Below, piece by piece: positions 36,107 through 49,926 of a stretch of 64,000 bases of DNA. Source of the stretch: Sphyrna mokarran (taxonomy: Eukaryota); NCBI GenBank assembly GCA_024679065.1, contig JAGIQG010000018.1:21266001-21330000 (forward strand), written 5' to 3'. The translations under genes were made by a program, and so were the position numbers. Under the pieces are notes generated by a model. It made no database searches. It saw nothing but the letters and a program-made list of their open reading frames with translations, and was not told the origin of the DNA. Every line of letters begins with the position of its first letter. Position 1 is the stretch's first letter.

Positions 36107-38100
36107 AGGATTGCTGCATTCAACATTCCCTTGGCCATGGCTACTCTCTTCAATTAAATAGACTGCCTCATGTTAACAATCATTAATCTCACAGGGAGCA
36201 AACATCTGGGGTTCATCCTAACTTAAACTCATTAATCCATAATGTGATACTTCAAAAACAATCACATTTGCAATCATGTCTTGAAGTTAAACTTGATCTT
36301 TGCTAAATACAAATGATTCCTTTGAGTAACCAAAAGTTATTTTTAAATCTTCACTTTAGGCAAGGTTTTCCTATTCTCTACAAAAAAATAAAACTTTGCT
36401 GTCCATTACACCTGAGGCTTGTTTATTGTCAGTATTCAAACAGATATCTTTCAAGTGTTGTAATAGTAACGAGACAGGATGTTTCGTGGCTCACTGATCC
36501 TACTTTCCTATTTGCTTCTGGAAAGGCATCCAGAAGAAGGAATTGTTTTTGAATTCCTTCCTGATCAGAGCATTGAAGAGGTACACAACAGATACAGGAC
36601 CAGTGAATTGACAACGGGCCAAGGATCAATGCAGGATTGCCTTATTACTGTTTTTAAATGGCAGCCTCTGACAATATGGCCATTCTCACTGATAGGCCTA
36701 AAACAAGCATGGACCACCAACTTCAATAGGTCAGAAGAATGATATTGCCTGGGAGGGAAGGGATGTGGATGCCAGCGAAAGAGAAGCTGCCCAGCAGCAT
36801 TGCATGGTTTAGAGTGAGGTCAGGATATATAATACATACTAAATATTTACCTTTGTTGGAGCTTATTTTAGGACAGCCTGTTACAAAGCTTGCATACCCT
36901 GGATTCTCTAATTGCAGCTACTTCAGGGTAAACTAACAACAACAAGTTGAACCCTTTACGTATGTGAATAAGAAGCCTATTTCCTGCCTCAGGTATAAAT
37001 GCTAGGCGGTGGACATCCTGCTCATTCATGTCATATTCAAGGCTGTTTAGCATCCAAAATACAGATGCTGCTCTGTGAAAACACTGCATGCAACAGGAAT
37101 CAAATGAAATCTTTAAACCCAAATCTAATTCTTGTTGAATATGTTCGTCACCATTTACTTCCATAGAAGCTGTTCATAAATGATGACTAAGTTGGCAAGT
37201 TCACTTGAGGAATAGAAATTTCAGATAGTGCAGTTGTCATTGAGGCACACTAGTGGGGAAATTGGATGGGAATTTAATGGTGTCACAGCCATACTTTAGC
37301 ATGTTTTGCAGTTTCTAATGTGTGACATCTCTTATCAAACTTATTAATGGCTGTCTTAAATGCTTTCTCAAAGTGAAAACTCCAGTTTATAAAGTACAGA
37401 AACTATGCAAATTAGAGTTTTGACTTTTTTTAAACAAGTAGAAAAATACCATTCAAACAAATGAAATAATTTCCCTGTAGCATGTAACAGTACAATGAAT
37501 AGACAGCTTTATGGGTTTCCCCTTCATTATATACATGAAGTACACACATGCATATGTTATCTATCACTAAAGTTTCATGTGGTAGCTGAAAAAATTGAGC
37601 AATTCCAGCATTTAATACATTAACTAGTCTTCAATTTATTCCAAACTAAAAGCAATAGTTCAGTTTATATACAGGATACAAGAAACATAAAAAGAAAAGA
37701 CAGCACATGAAGTGCAGCTCATTTATGAAACTACTGCTTGCTGAGTGTACTTTCTACCCATCTAGCCTCATCTCTTCAACCCTCCATAAAAGCAATGTTC
37801 CCAAGGTTATGTTGTTTGAAGGATCACATGCAGAAATGGAGATAAGAATTATTAATTGCAGTAAGTAATGATAAACAGGCTCTTCATCAGATTGTGCTAC
37901 TGAACTCTATGTATGTGTGGTTTCTGTGGAGCAAACCCATCAAAGTCAAAAACCATTCCACCTGTTTTTTTTTAAAGTACTTTCTATTAAAAGTTGTCCA
38001 AATTTCTAATATGTGATAGAGTTCCACGTGTGTCCTCAGATTCTGTTCTGTGAAGCAAACTTAAAAAAAAATAAAGTTTTTATTACAAAGTAGCTGCACA
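36107..38100 (+). other. Probable MPRIP 3' UTR with polyadenylation signal AATAAA at 38070-38075
   Basis: About 2 kb of AT-rich sequence with no recognisable repeat after the stop; AATAAA followed by a T-rich tract. The end point is inferred. Confidence 0.5.
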
Positions 38101-38469
38101 GAATAGTCAGTATTACATTTAATGAATGTTATTGAACTGACAACTTGTTTATTTGTTACTGAATTCCTTTTTTGTAACTTAAAGCATTTAATTTTAAGAA
38201 AATGAAATCTTGTACTGATAGACTATTTCACATCTTAACAGATTGGACTAGAGCCCACTAAAACTGCTATCACTAATCTGTTCTACTCTACAGTAGCATC
38301 ATTTCTTCAGAAATAATTAGCCAATTATCAATAGTTAAATTTTAAAAAATTAACTACTAAGCCTAAGTTCAAAAATATCACTTGTAGGTTTTAAAAAATT
38401 CAGCCCAAATAACTCACTTCAGTCTTTTATTCAGCCAGCAGCTTAAAACCAGCAGAAGCGCAATGTAAA

Positions 38470-39030
38470 AACTAGAGCAGGAGTAGGCCATCTACCTCTT
38501 CGAGCTTGCTCCACCATTTAATAAGATCATGGCTGATTTTTTTCAAGGACTCAGCTTCACCTTCCCATCCGCTCACCATAACCCTTAATTCCTTTACTGT
38601 TTATAAATGTAAACATCATTATCTTAAAAACATTCAACAAGGTAGTCTCAACAACTTCACACAGCGAATTCCAAAGGTTCATAACCCTTTGGGTGAAGAG
38701 CTTCCTCCTCAACTCAGTCTTAAATCTGGTCCCCCTTATTTTGAGGCTATGCCCCCCAGTTGTAGTTCCACCTGTCATTAGAAACAACCTCCCTGCTTCT
38801 ATATCATCTATTCCCTTCATAATTTTATATAAGATCTTCCCTTCATTCTTCTAAATTCTAATGAATATAGTCCCAGTCTATTCAGTCTCCTCATAAACCA
38901 ATCTTTTCACCTTCAGAATCAATCTAGTGAATTTCCTCTGCACCCCCTCCAGTGCCAGTACATCTCCTCTCAAATAAGGAGACCAAATTTTTGTACACAA
39001 GCACAATTGTACACAATACTCCAGCATCAA
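38470..39030 (-). mobile_element. CR1 LINE 3' fragment
   Basis: GHSLKIRG, LFTQRVMNLWNSL. Confidence 0.85.
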
Positions 39031-39844
39031 CAATTATTTTGCTAGCCTTTAAAAATGTTGTGGGTGCTACATTATCTAGATTGTGAAAAATATAAATATA
39101 AACTGTCCTCTACTTTCCAATATGAAAATCCCAAGATTTTTCCAAGTTCTTCAACTTTACTTTTAACAATCAGATTCATGGCTTTTCTTTGTATTAACTT
39201 CTCCATTGCTTCTTGGGTTCATTAGCATCTTTCCATCTGAGACGATGGACATACAACAAATCCCACATTTCTTGATGGCTAGAACTGAAGTACTCAAGAT
39301 GCAAGCCAGAGGGCTAAACAATAATTGCTGTAATTTACATTTGAATTGCTACCAAATGATCTTGTGCAAAACTTATACTCATTGCTGACTAGTTTCGAAA
39401 TACTGATTTATGTCACAGTATAACACAGTTAGTTTATCCTTTTTACATCAACCCTCGAATTCCCAGGAATGGCTTTTCTCCCAACTCATTTAAAAAAATC
39501 TCCACTGGTAAGTTGACAATTGCACATGGTATGGTAATCTCAAATTGTAACAATTTGCATTTATATAGTGCCTTTAATGTGGAAAAATATCCCAAAGTAC
39601 CTACACATCTTCATGCGTTTTGAATTTAATATTTTTAATTTCTTCATCTTCTCTTGCCTCCTTCAAGTCCCCAAAGTTCTTCATCTATTATCTCCTGACT
39701 TGAAATGGATTTCTCAGAATTCACTTTGGACTCGTTATGATATCCAAACCCATCCATGGCTTGAATCCATCACATACACAGGGATGCTGCAAATACACCT
39801 TCCCTGAACAGGACATGAGAGTATTTGCTGCTAGATTTTTAAGA

Positions 39845-40130
39845 ATTTATTTATGGGGTGCCGGCTGGCCTAGCACGTACTGCCACCCCTAAATGCTCTT
39901 GTCATCTTCTTGAACTGCTGCAACCCATGTGTTGCAAGAACACAACCCCTATGATACTGTTAGGAAGGGGTTTTAGGATTTTGACAGTCACAGTAAAGGA
40001 ACAGCAATATAGTTCAAAGTCAGGATATTGTGTGGCATGGAGAGGAACTTGAAGGGACTACTATTCCCGTGCATTTGCTGTCCTTATTCCTTCCAGCTGC
40101 AGGATATCACAGGTTTGGACGGTACAAAAG
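39845..40130 (-). mobile_element. Old CR1/L2-clade LINE 3' end
   Basis: Colinear with 9890-10200. Confidence 0.6.
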
Positions 40131-40597
40131 GTGCCTTTTGCACATTCTGAATAAGTCTTAAAATATGATGTTTAAAATTTACGCTCTTTAAATTTACATC
40201 TCTATTTCAGGTACCACCCGGCTCTTATTTGCATTGCAAATATGTGGTTAATCAGCAGCTGGGCTGTTGGTTTCAAAACAATAACCTATTTGTGCATTTC
40301 CCTTCACACAATGTGCAACTGGCTCTAAGTTCTTAAAGGCAATTTGGTAACAAATATTTGTCAATGTCAAATTTTTAAAAAGTAATAATCCTGGACTGGA
40401 TTGTATTCATTTAGCATGCTGTTAGCCTTAGCACTACTGTTATGAGAGATGTGAAAGGTAAACTGGATGCTTTCTATGAGAGCAGGGAAATTATCCCAGC
40501 TTTCAAGGTATTAGCTATGGATTTGCAGCTAGACATCACTATTTAAAACAGTGACAGGAACATTCAATTTCTGAAGATAAAATTTATCAACCTTGAT

Positions 40598-41062
40598 AGG
40601 ATGCTGTCAGGACTTGATGGATTGAATTATGAGAGGCTGAATAGACTGGGACGTTTTTCCCTCTGGAGCGTAGAAGGCTGAGGGGTGACCTTATAGAGGT
40701 CTATAAAATAATGAAGGGTATAGACAAGTTGGATAGTCAATATCTTTCCCCAAAGGAGGGGAGTCTAAAACTAGACGCCAAAGGTTTAAGCTGAGACGGG
40801 AGAGATACAAAAGTGTCTAGAGGGGCAGTTTTTTCACAGAGGATGGTGAGTGTCTGGAACAAGCTGTAAGAGGCAGTAGTAGAGGCAGGTACAATTTTAT
40901 CTTTTAAAAAGCATTTAGATAGTCACATGAGTACTATGGGTATAAAGGGATATGGGCAAAATGTAGGCAACTGGGATTGGCTTAGGGGTTATATAAACAA
41001 AACAAGGGTGGCATGGACAAGTTGTGCCACAGGGCCTGTTTCCATGCTGTAAACCTCTGATT
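40598..41062 (+). mobile_element. CR1 LINE 3' fragment
   Basis: LERRRLRGDLIEVYKIMKG and WNKL remnants followed by a tail. Confidence 0.85.
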
Positions 41063-41081
41063 CAAGAAGTATGATTCAGTC

Positions 41082-41340
41082 TTGGAATCAGGGGTTCAAA
41101 TCTTACTCTAGACTTTGATGTATAATCTAGGCTGATGCCTGTGCAGTACTAACTACGTGATGAGCTGCAATGTTCAAATGAGGCCTCAGCTTTCCTTTCA
41201 GCTGGACATGCAAGATCCAAAGTCACTATTCCCAAAAGAAACATCAAGGCCGAGATTTAGCCCTTAACATGCATCACTAAAATATGATATGATAATTTAC
41301 CTCATTACTATTTGAGACATTGCTATGTTCAAACTGAATA
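41082..41340 (+). mobile_element. Ancient Deu-domain SINE (SacSINE1/AmnSINE1-like)
   Basis: GGTTCAAATC...AATCTAGGCTGA...TGCAGTACT...TCAGCTGGAC...AAGATCC...CACTATT...CATCACTAAAA matches my recall of the Deu-SINE consensus; strongly diverged. Confidence 0.55.
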
Positions 41341-43293
41341 AGGGTTTTTCCAGTCAATATTTAATAGACTGAAAACTGATACATAAATGTCTATTTTAAT
41401 GCAATGTGTTTTAGAGCAAATAATGACTTTTCCAATATTGACTAATGCCCAGTTATTTATGCTTCTTGTGCTTACTATTAAGAACTGATACATGATCTCG
41501 CTTCCTTAAATCACTTACAATGATCAACCAGTGCAGTGGGTTGATATTAGTATATAAACAATAGTAGAAGGAATGCTAATGAAATTCAGAGAAGACTACA
41601 AAAGTTGTTGGCTCCAGTTTGAGAGTTCAGAAACTGCAGGTGTAGGATAAAGGCAGACACAGACTTTATTTATATTCACAACAATGTTTAATTTTAAACA
41701 ATTTTGCCATTTAATTCTTTGATCTTCAATAATGGATCAAGAATTAACATTTAAATAGTCATCTTTATTCTTTGACATGTTTACAAAACAACCACATAAT
41801 TCTGGATGTACAATTCACTGAATTTGAGAATGATAGTCTACAAAGTTATACCACATATTTCTCCATCTTTTTAGGTAGAAATCAAAGTTGGGAATAGAAT
41901 GTCTTCCATTTTTGTTTTCCACTCAGTATCAAAGACTCTCATGGCAGTGCAACATCAGATTTAAAATAAAGCTCCCTCTACTGTGCCCAAGCAATTACTT
42001 TAGTTCTAAACTCAGGGCACAAAACTATTAGCTACGTGGAGTGACACCTCCTTACAGTTAAATTACACGTTTGCTGGGGGAAAGAAAATCTCCATTCAAG
42101 AAGGATGTATTTAAACTATAATTAGAATTATCTTAAGCAGTTTAATTTTGCAGTAGTGCTAGAGCTAAAGGTATAATAGCTGCAAGATCCCATTTTGCTG
42201 GCAGATATTATCTGCTGTGCATATTAAAAATTGATATGAATGGATAGAAAAATAAGGAGCAGTATGCTGACCATTTTCCTCACTTATGATATTGATTTTT
42301 TTTTTAAATACATACTGGTTGCCAGCATTATTTACTCTGTAGAGGAAACACAGGCCAAGCTGGGGGTCAGGAGTTGAGCAGAAGCTGCAATGAAGTTCCA
42401 TTGAGTATGATTGGATCTTATCTTCCTTTCGATTTAAAGAATAGTTTTTGTTGGTTACAAAGAAACTACTTGGCAACAATGTTAAACTTGTAAATGCATT
42501 CTTTTGGGTTTCTCAATCAGTTGGACCATTTTGATTTCTAATGCTGCATTTAACCTAGATTGCAGTGATCAAAATGCAGTATTGTAATTAATTAACAGAT
42601 CTTTCCTGAAACAGGGTAAACACTGAAAAACGTAACAAATTTTAAAACCAGAAGTGCAATATGCTAAAACATTGACTTCCAAGAGTAGTGTTAAAATCAA
42701 AGTGAATAATGTGGTGTGTAAAGAATCTAATTATTTGCAAGAACATGAATACTACATAACCTCCTCAAACCCTACAAATCAGAACTTTCTTCTTCCAATA
42801 CCAACATCTTGTGTATGTATTAGTCCAATCATTGACGTCAGCTATCCAGGCCCCAAGTACTAGAATTTCCTCCTTAAACACTGCACTTTATTCATTCAAC
42901 AATTTGCATAAAATCTATTCTTACCAATTTTTTTCATCACTTGTCCTTGCATCTCTCCTTTGGCAGTTAATCTTTGCCTGATTACATTTCTGTGAAACAC
43001 CTTGGGCTCTTTCATATGTTTAAGGCACTATATAAATGCAAGCAATTGTAATATTTTAGAGTTCTTACACACTATTCATGTTTTTAACTGCATGTGTCTT
43101 TATTCAATTTCTGAGAGCTAGTTATGAAACATGTGTTCTGTCATTATGATTCACAGAAATATAATTTGAAGCCCAAATATTGCTTATCCAAGTGAAATTA
43201 TGAAATATTAAATATTACTTGCCCACTTCCAATTGTAGAACTGAGTACTGCCAACAAACAGTAGAATCCATACTGAAACTAGTGAGTTTCCAT

Positions 43294-43529
43294 TCATTTC
43301 TTTGGATAAAAGCTGTACTTTGCTGGGTCATATTCATTCCAAAGTTGTTCAAATTCTTCTATAAATGCCTTCACAATATCATAGTTTTTAATTATGATCA
43401 CATTTTCTTTATTTCCAAAAATACCCTGGGCACTCCAGTTCAAAGATCCAGTTACAAGTGTCAATCCATCAATTAGTGCAAACTTGTGGTGCATGTAGTT
43501 TGTATCTTGATCATGTCGAACTTCTATAC
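43294..43529 (-). CDS. PLD6: PLD6 (mitoPLD/Zucchini) coding exon 2
   Basis: ttgacag|GT ATA GAA. Catalytic HKD motif YMHHKFALIDGLTLVTGSLNWS (HxKx4Dx6GSxN); ends EFEQLWNEYDPAKYSFYPKK* with TGA at 43296-43294. Confidence 0.97.
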
Positions 43530-43886
43530 CTGTCAACAAACAGTATTTTAGATCCACTTCACAGCTGAATTGTATCATTAAAGATTCTCTGATAAAAAAT
43601 GACAAAAGCCTTTGAGGCAACTTATGCTAACGTGCACTGACTTCACAAATGCAGTGTTTGTTTTTGTTGAAGTAATTAGTTAACTCTATTTCACCCAAAC
43701 GTGAGCCCACTTCAATTCATAGCGGTATGGTTGGTAATCAGTTTCTCAGCAAAAATACTGGTCCTAGCAGGGTATCACATTTAAGCAATGAGCATGTATC
43801 ATTAGAACAATTGCAAAATTGCTTGTTGCACATTTATACTCATGCCCACCTCAATTTTGGAAGTTACTTCATTAATTTTGCAGACC

Positions 43887-44140
43887 GATAGTTAGCACTG
43901 CTGCCTCACAGCGCTAAGGACCTAGATTCAATTCTCACTTCAGGTTACTGTCTGTGTGGAGTTTGCACATTCTCCCAGACTTTGCATGGGCTTCCTCCAG
44001 GTGCTTTAGTTTCCTCCCACAGTCCAAAGATGAGGGATAGCCAGATAAATATCGGGCTATGGGAATAGGGCTGGGGTAGGATTGTGGTTGGTGCAGGCTA
44101 GATGGGCTGAATGGCCGTCTGCTCTGAAGTGATTCTATGA
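43887..44140 (+). mobile_element. V-SINE (HE1-like)
   Basis: GTTAGCACTGCTGCCTCACAGC head, V-domain and GATTCTATGA tail. Confidence 0.85.
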
Positions 44141-44159
44141 TAACAGCCAGAACGGAGTA

Positions 44160-45300
44160 AACAAACATAGAAACATGGAAAATAGAAGTAGGAAGCCATT
44201 TGATCCTTTGAGGCTGCTCTGCCATTCATCATGATTATGGCTAATCATTCAACTCAATAGCCTAATCCTGCTTTCTCCCTATAATCTTTGATCCCATTTG
44301 CCTCAAGTGTTATATCTGGCTGCCTCTTGAATACAATCAATGTTTTGGCACTACTTCCTGTGGTAATGAATTTGACAGTCCACACTCTTTGGGTGAAGAA
44401 ACGTCCCCTCATCTTCTTAAATGGTCTACCTAAAATTCTTGGCTTGTGACCCCTGATTCTAGACTCCCCATCATCAGGGGCATTGTCTCTGCATCTACCC
44501 TGTCTAGTCCTATTAAAATTTTATAAGTCTCTATGAAATTCATCTGAACTCCAACAAAAATAATCCAAACCTAGTCAATCTCTCCTCATACATCAGTCTT
44601 GTTATCCCTGGAATCAACCTGCTAAACCTTTGCAGCATTCTGAGAGTAAGAACACCTTCCTCAGAAAAGGACACCAAAACTACACACAATATTCTAGGTG
44701 TGGCCTCACCAAGGTCCTGTATAATTGCAACAACTCATCCCTGCTCCTGGACTCAAAAACCTCTCACGATGAAGGCCAACATATCATTTGCCTTCTTTAC
44801 TGCTGCACACACCCCTCTTCCAATCTACAGCCAGATAATAATCTGCATTCTTGTTTCTGCTTCCAAAGTGAATAACCTCACATTTTGGATAAATTATACT
44901 GCAGCTGTAACTGATTTGCCCATTCACCCAACTTGTCCAGATCATGCTGAAGTATCGTCATCACATTTCACCCTTCCACCTAAATTTGGATGTTACATTT
45001 TAGTCCCTCATCCAAATCATTTATATTGTGAATAGGTGGGGTCCCAACACCAATCCTTGTGGCACCTACTAGTTACTACCTGCCAATTTGAAAAGCACCC
45101 ATTAATTCATATTCTTTGTTTCCTCTCTGCCAACCAGTTTTTATCCACCTCAATACACTTCATCTAATCCCATGCAGTTTAATCTTGTACAATAATCTCT
45201 TAGGTGGGACTTCATCAAATGCTCCCTGGAAGTCCAAATATACCACATTGAGTGGCTCCCCCTTGTCACCTCTGCTGGTTACATCAAAGAATTCCAACAA
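44160..45300 (-). mobile_element. Decayed CR1 LINE in the PLD6 intron
   Basis: LLEFFDVTSRGDKGEPLNVVYLDFQGAFDEVP; colinear with 22655-23880. Confidence 0.85.
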
Positions 45301-45349
45301 ACATGGATGGCACAGTGGTTTCACACTAATTGTGTTATTGTAAGCCTTA

Positions 45350-48300
45350 CGGGGGGAGGGGAGACAGATGGGAAAGAAGTTGGCGGGTGGGAAACAGGGG
45401 TTGGGGATGAGTGGGGTCAGAGTGTGAGGGTCAAATGGGTGGCCAAGCAAACAACAGGGCAAGACAGGGGGTGTGGGGAGGCTGAGGGAGGAGGAAAGCG
45501 GGGGGCAGGGAGGAGGGAGGAAAGCAGGGGGAGGGAGGGAGGAAAAGCCAGGGGGGAGGAGGGAGGAAAGCAGGGGGGAAGGGAGGAAGGAAAGAGGGGG
45601 AGGGAAGAAAGCGGGTGGGGGGGGAGGGAGGAAAGTGGGGGGGGTGGGGGAAGGGGAGAGGGAAAGGGGGGGGAAGGGGAGAGGAAAGGGGGGGTGGGGG
45701 GGGAAGGGGAGAGGAAAGGGGGGGTGGGGGGGGGAAGGGGAGTAGGAAAGCGGGGGGGTGGGGAGGGGAGAGGAAAGCGGGGGGGGGGGAAGAGGAGAGC
45801 AGGGGGGGGGGGAGAGGAAAAGCGGGGGGAGGAAAGTGGGGGGGGGGAGGGGAGAGGAGGAAAGCGGGGGGGGGAGGAGAGGAGGAAAGCGGGGGGGGGG
45901 AGGAGAGGAGGAACGCGGGGGGGGAGGAGAGGAGGAAAAGCGGGGGGGGAGGAGAGGAGGAAAAGCGGGGGGGGAAGGAGAGGAGGAAAAGCGGGGGGGG
46001 AGGAGAGGAGGAAAGCGGGGGGGGGAGCGGCAGAGGAGGAAAGCGGCCGGGAGCGGGGAGAGGAGGAAGGAAAGCGAGGTGGGACGGGAGAGGAGGAAAG
46101 CGAGGTGGGGGGGCGAAAGAGGAGGGAAAGCGAGGTGGGGGGGGGGAAGAGTAGGAAAGCGAGGTGGGGGCGGGAAGAGAGGGAAAGGAGAGTGGGGGGG
46201 GGAAGAGGCGGGGAAGCGAGGTGAGGGGGGGGAAAGAGGAGGAAAGCGGGTGGGGGGGGGGAAGAGGAGTGAAAGCGAAGGTGGGGGGGGAGAGGAGGAA
46301 TGGAAAGCGAGGTGGGGGGGGGGAAAGAGGAGGGAAAGCGAGGTGGGGGGGGAAGAGGGAAAGCGAGGTGGGGGGGGGGAAGAGGAGGAAAGCGAGGTGT
46401 TGGGGGGGAAGGGCGAGGAAGCGATTATGGTGGGGGGAGGGAAGGGGAGGAAAGCGAGGTTGGGGGGTGGAAGGGGAGGAAAGCGAGGTGGGGTGAGGGA
46501 AGGGGAGAAAGCGAGGTGGGGGGGGGAAGGGGAGGCAAGCGAGGTGGGGGGCGGGAAGTGGAGGAACAAGCGAGGTGGGGGGGGGAGGGGAGGAAAGCGA
46601 GGGTGGGGCGGGGGTAAGGGAGGAAAGCGAGGTGGGGGGGGGAAGGGGAGGAAAGCGAGGTGGGGGGGGGGGGGGAAAGGGGGAGGAAGCGAGGTGGGGG
46701 GGGGAAGGGGAGGAAAGCGAGGTGGGGGGGGGAAGGGGAGGGAAAGCGAGGGTGGGGGGGGGGAAAGGGGAGGAAAGCGATGTGGGGGGGGAAGGTAGGA
46801 AAGCGAGGTGGGGGGGGGGGAAGGGGAGGACAAGCTGAGGTGGGGGGGGAAAGAGGAGGAAAGCGAGGTGTGGATGGGGGGGGGAAGGCGGGGAAGCGAG
46901 GTGGGGGGGGAAGGTGGAGGAAAGCGAGGTGGGGGGGGAAGGGGAGGAAAGCGAGGTGGGGGGGGAAGGTGAGGAAAGCGAGGTGGGGGGGGAAATGGGA
47001 GGAAAGCGATGGGGGGGGGAAAGGGGAGGAAGCGAGTGTGGGGGGGGAAGGTGGAGGAAAGCGAGGGGGGGGGAAGGGGGAGGAAAGCGAGTGGGGGGGG
47101 AAGGGGAGGAAAGCGATGGTGGGGGGGATAGGGGAGGAAAGCGACTGAGGTGGGGGGGGACAGGGGAGGAAAGCGAGGTGGGGGGGAAGGGAGGAAAGCG
47201 AGGTGGGGGGAAGGGGAGGAAAGCGAGGTGGGGGGGAAGGGGATGAAAGCGAGGTGGGGGGGGAAGGGAGAAAGCGAGGTGGGGGGGAAGGGGAGGGAAA
47301 GCGAGGTGGGGGGGAAGGGGAGGAAAGCGAGGTGGGGGGGAAGGGGAGCACAAAGCGGGTGGGGGGGAAGGGGAGGAAAGCGAAGGTGGGGGGGGAAGGA
47401 GGAAAGCGAAGGGGGGGGGGAAGGGTAGGAAAGCGAGGGGGGGGGGAAGGGGAGGAAAGCGAGGTGGGGGGGGAAAAGGGGAGGGAAAAGCGAGGTGGGG
47501 GGGGAAGGGGAGGAAAGACGTAGGTGGGGGGGGGAAGTGGAGAAAGGAAAAAGCGGGTGGGGGGGGAAGGGAGGAAAGCCGAGGTGGGGGGGGAAGGGGA
47601 GGAAAGCGAGGTGGGGGGGAAGGGGAGGAAAGCGAGGTGGGGGGGAAGGGAGGGAAAGCGAGGTGGGGGGGGAAGGGGAGGAAAGCGAGGTTGGGGGGGG
47701 AAGGGGAGGAAAGGAGGTGGGGGGGGAAAGGGGAGGAAAGCGAGGTGGGGGGGAAGGGGAGGAAAGCGAGGTGGGCGGGGGAAGGGGAGGAAAGCGGAGG
47801 TGGGGGGGGAAGGGGGAGGAAAGCGATGGTGGGTGGGGGAGGAAGGGAGAGGAAAGCGAGGTGGGGGGGGGAAGGGGAGGAGAAAGCGAGGTGGGGGGGA
47901 AGGGGAGAAAGCGAGGTGGAGGGGGAATGGGGAGGAAGGAACAGGACGGGAAAGCGCGGTGGGGGGGGAAGGGGAGGAAAGCGAGGGGGGGGGGAAGGGG
48001 AGGAGCGAGGTGGGTGGGGAAGGGGAGGAAAGCAGATGATAGGTGGGGGCGGGAAGGGTAGGAAAGCGAGGTGGGGGGGGAAGGGGAGGAAAGCGAGGTG
48101 GGGGGGGGGAAGGGGAGGAAAGCGATGGTTGGGGGGGGGAAGGGAGGAAAGCCTGAGGGTGTGGGGTGGGGGGAAGGGGAGGAAAGCGAGGGTGGGCGGG
48201 GGAAGGGGAGGAAAGCGAGGTGGTGGGGGGAAGGGGGGAAAGCGAGGTGGGGGGGGAAGGGAGGGGAAAGCTAAGGTGGGGGGGGGAAAAGGGGAGGAAA

Positions 48301-49825
48301 GCGAGGTGGGGGGGGAAGGGGAGGAAAGCGAGGTGGGGGGGGAAGGGGAGGAAAGCCGAGGTTGGGGGGGGAGGGAATGGGAGGAAAGCGAGGTTGGGGG
48401 GGGAGGAAGGGAGGGCGAAAGCGAAGGTGGGGGGGGAAGGGGAGGAAAGCGAGGGTGAGGGGGGGAAGGGCGAGGAAAAGCGAGGTTGGTGGGGGGGGGA
48501 AGGGGAGGGGAGGAGGAAAGCGAGGTGGGGGGCGGGAAGGGGAGAAAGCAGGTGCGGGGGGGGAAAGGGAGGAAGCGAGGTGGGGGGTGGAAGGGAGGAA
48601 TAAGCGAGGTTGGGGGGGAAGGAGAGGAAAGCGAGGTGGGGGGGGAAGGGGGAGGAAAGCGAGGTGGGGGGGGGAAGGGGAGAAAGCGGCGGTGGGGGGG
48701 GAAGGGAGGCGAAAGGACGGTGGGGGGGGAAGGGGAGGAAAGCGAGGTGGGGGGGGGAAGGGGGGAAAGCGACGGTGGGGGGGAAGGGGAGGAAAGCGAG
48801 GTGGTGGTGGGGGAAGGGGAGGAAAGCTGACGGGTGGGGGGAAGTGGGAGGCAAAGCGAGGTGGGGGGGGAAGGGCAGGAAAGCGAGGGGGGGGGGAGGG
48901 AAGGGGAGGAAAGCGAGGTGAGGGGGGGAAGGGGAGGAAAGGAGGTGGGGGGGGAAGGGGAGGAAAGCGTATGGTGGGGGGGAAGGGGCAGGAAAGCGAG
49001 GTGGGGGGGGGAGGAAGGGGAGGAAAGCGGAGGTGGGGGGGAAGGGGAGGAAAGCGAGGTGGGGGGGAAGGGGAGGAAAGCGAGGTGGGGGGGGGAAAGG
49101 GAGGAAAAGCGAAGGTGGGGGGGGAAGGGAGGAAGCGAGGTGGGGGGGGAAAGGGGAGGAAAGCGAGGGTGGGGGGGGAAGGGAGGAAGCGAGGGTGGGG
49201 GGGGAAGGGAGAAACGCGAAGGTGGGGGGGGAAGGGAGGAAAGCAGAGGTGGGGGGGGAGGGAGGAAGAAGCGAGGTGGGGGGAGGGGGAAAAAGGGGAG
49301 GAAAGCGATGGTGGGGGGGGTAAGGGGGGAAGGGGGGAAAGCGAGGTGGGGGGGGAAGGGGAGAAACGAGGTCGGGGGGAAGGGGAGGAAAGCGAGGTGG
49401 GGGGGAAGGAGGAAAGCGAGGGTGGGGGGGAAGGGGAGGAAAGCGAGGTGGGGGGGGAAGGGGAGGAAAGCGAGGTGGGGGGGAAGGGGGGGAAAGCGAG
49501 GTGTGGGAGGGGGTGATGGGAGAGGGAGGAAAGCGAGGTGGGGGGGTGGGTGAGAGGAGGAAAGCGAGGTGGGGGGGGGGAGAGGAGGAAAGCGAGGTGG
49601 GGGGGGGGAGAGGAGGAAAGCGAGGTGGGGGGGGGGAAGAGGAGGAAAAGCGATTCGGTGGGGGGGGGAGAGGAGGAAAGCGGAGGTGGGGGGGGCGAGA
49701 GGAGGATAAGCGAGGTGGGGGGGAGAGGAGAGTGAAAGCTAGGTGGTGGGGGGGCGAGGAGGAAGCGAGGTGTGGGAGGGGAGAGAGAGGAAAAACGGGG
49801 GGCGGGAAACGAAAGCGGCGGGGGC
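45350..49825 (+). repeat. ~4.5 kb G-rich degenerate minisatellite, unit ~GGGGAGGAAAGCGAGGTGGGGGGGAA (about 25-28 nt)
   Basis: Directly visible tandem array that is almost entirely purine on the + strand, with variable G-run lengths. Confidence 0.97.
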
Positions 49826-49926
49826 AGAAATGAGGCGTCAGGGTAAGTGGAGAGGATCGGGTGGCTGGGTCGGCAAGAGGGCTCGGGGAGGTGAGGAAGA
49901 ATTGCCCTTAATTCTGCTTCACTCAC

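Noticed and set aside
45350-49825. Possible CRISPR array, telomeric repeat or immunoglobulin switch region
   Set aside because: There are no unique spacers or cas genes, no TTAGGG units, almost no AGCT motifs and no Ig exons nearby.
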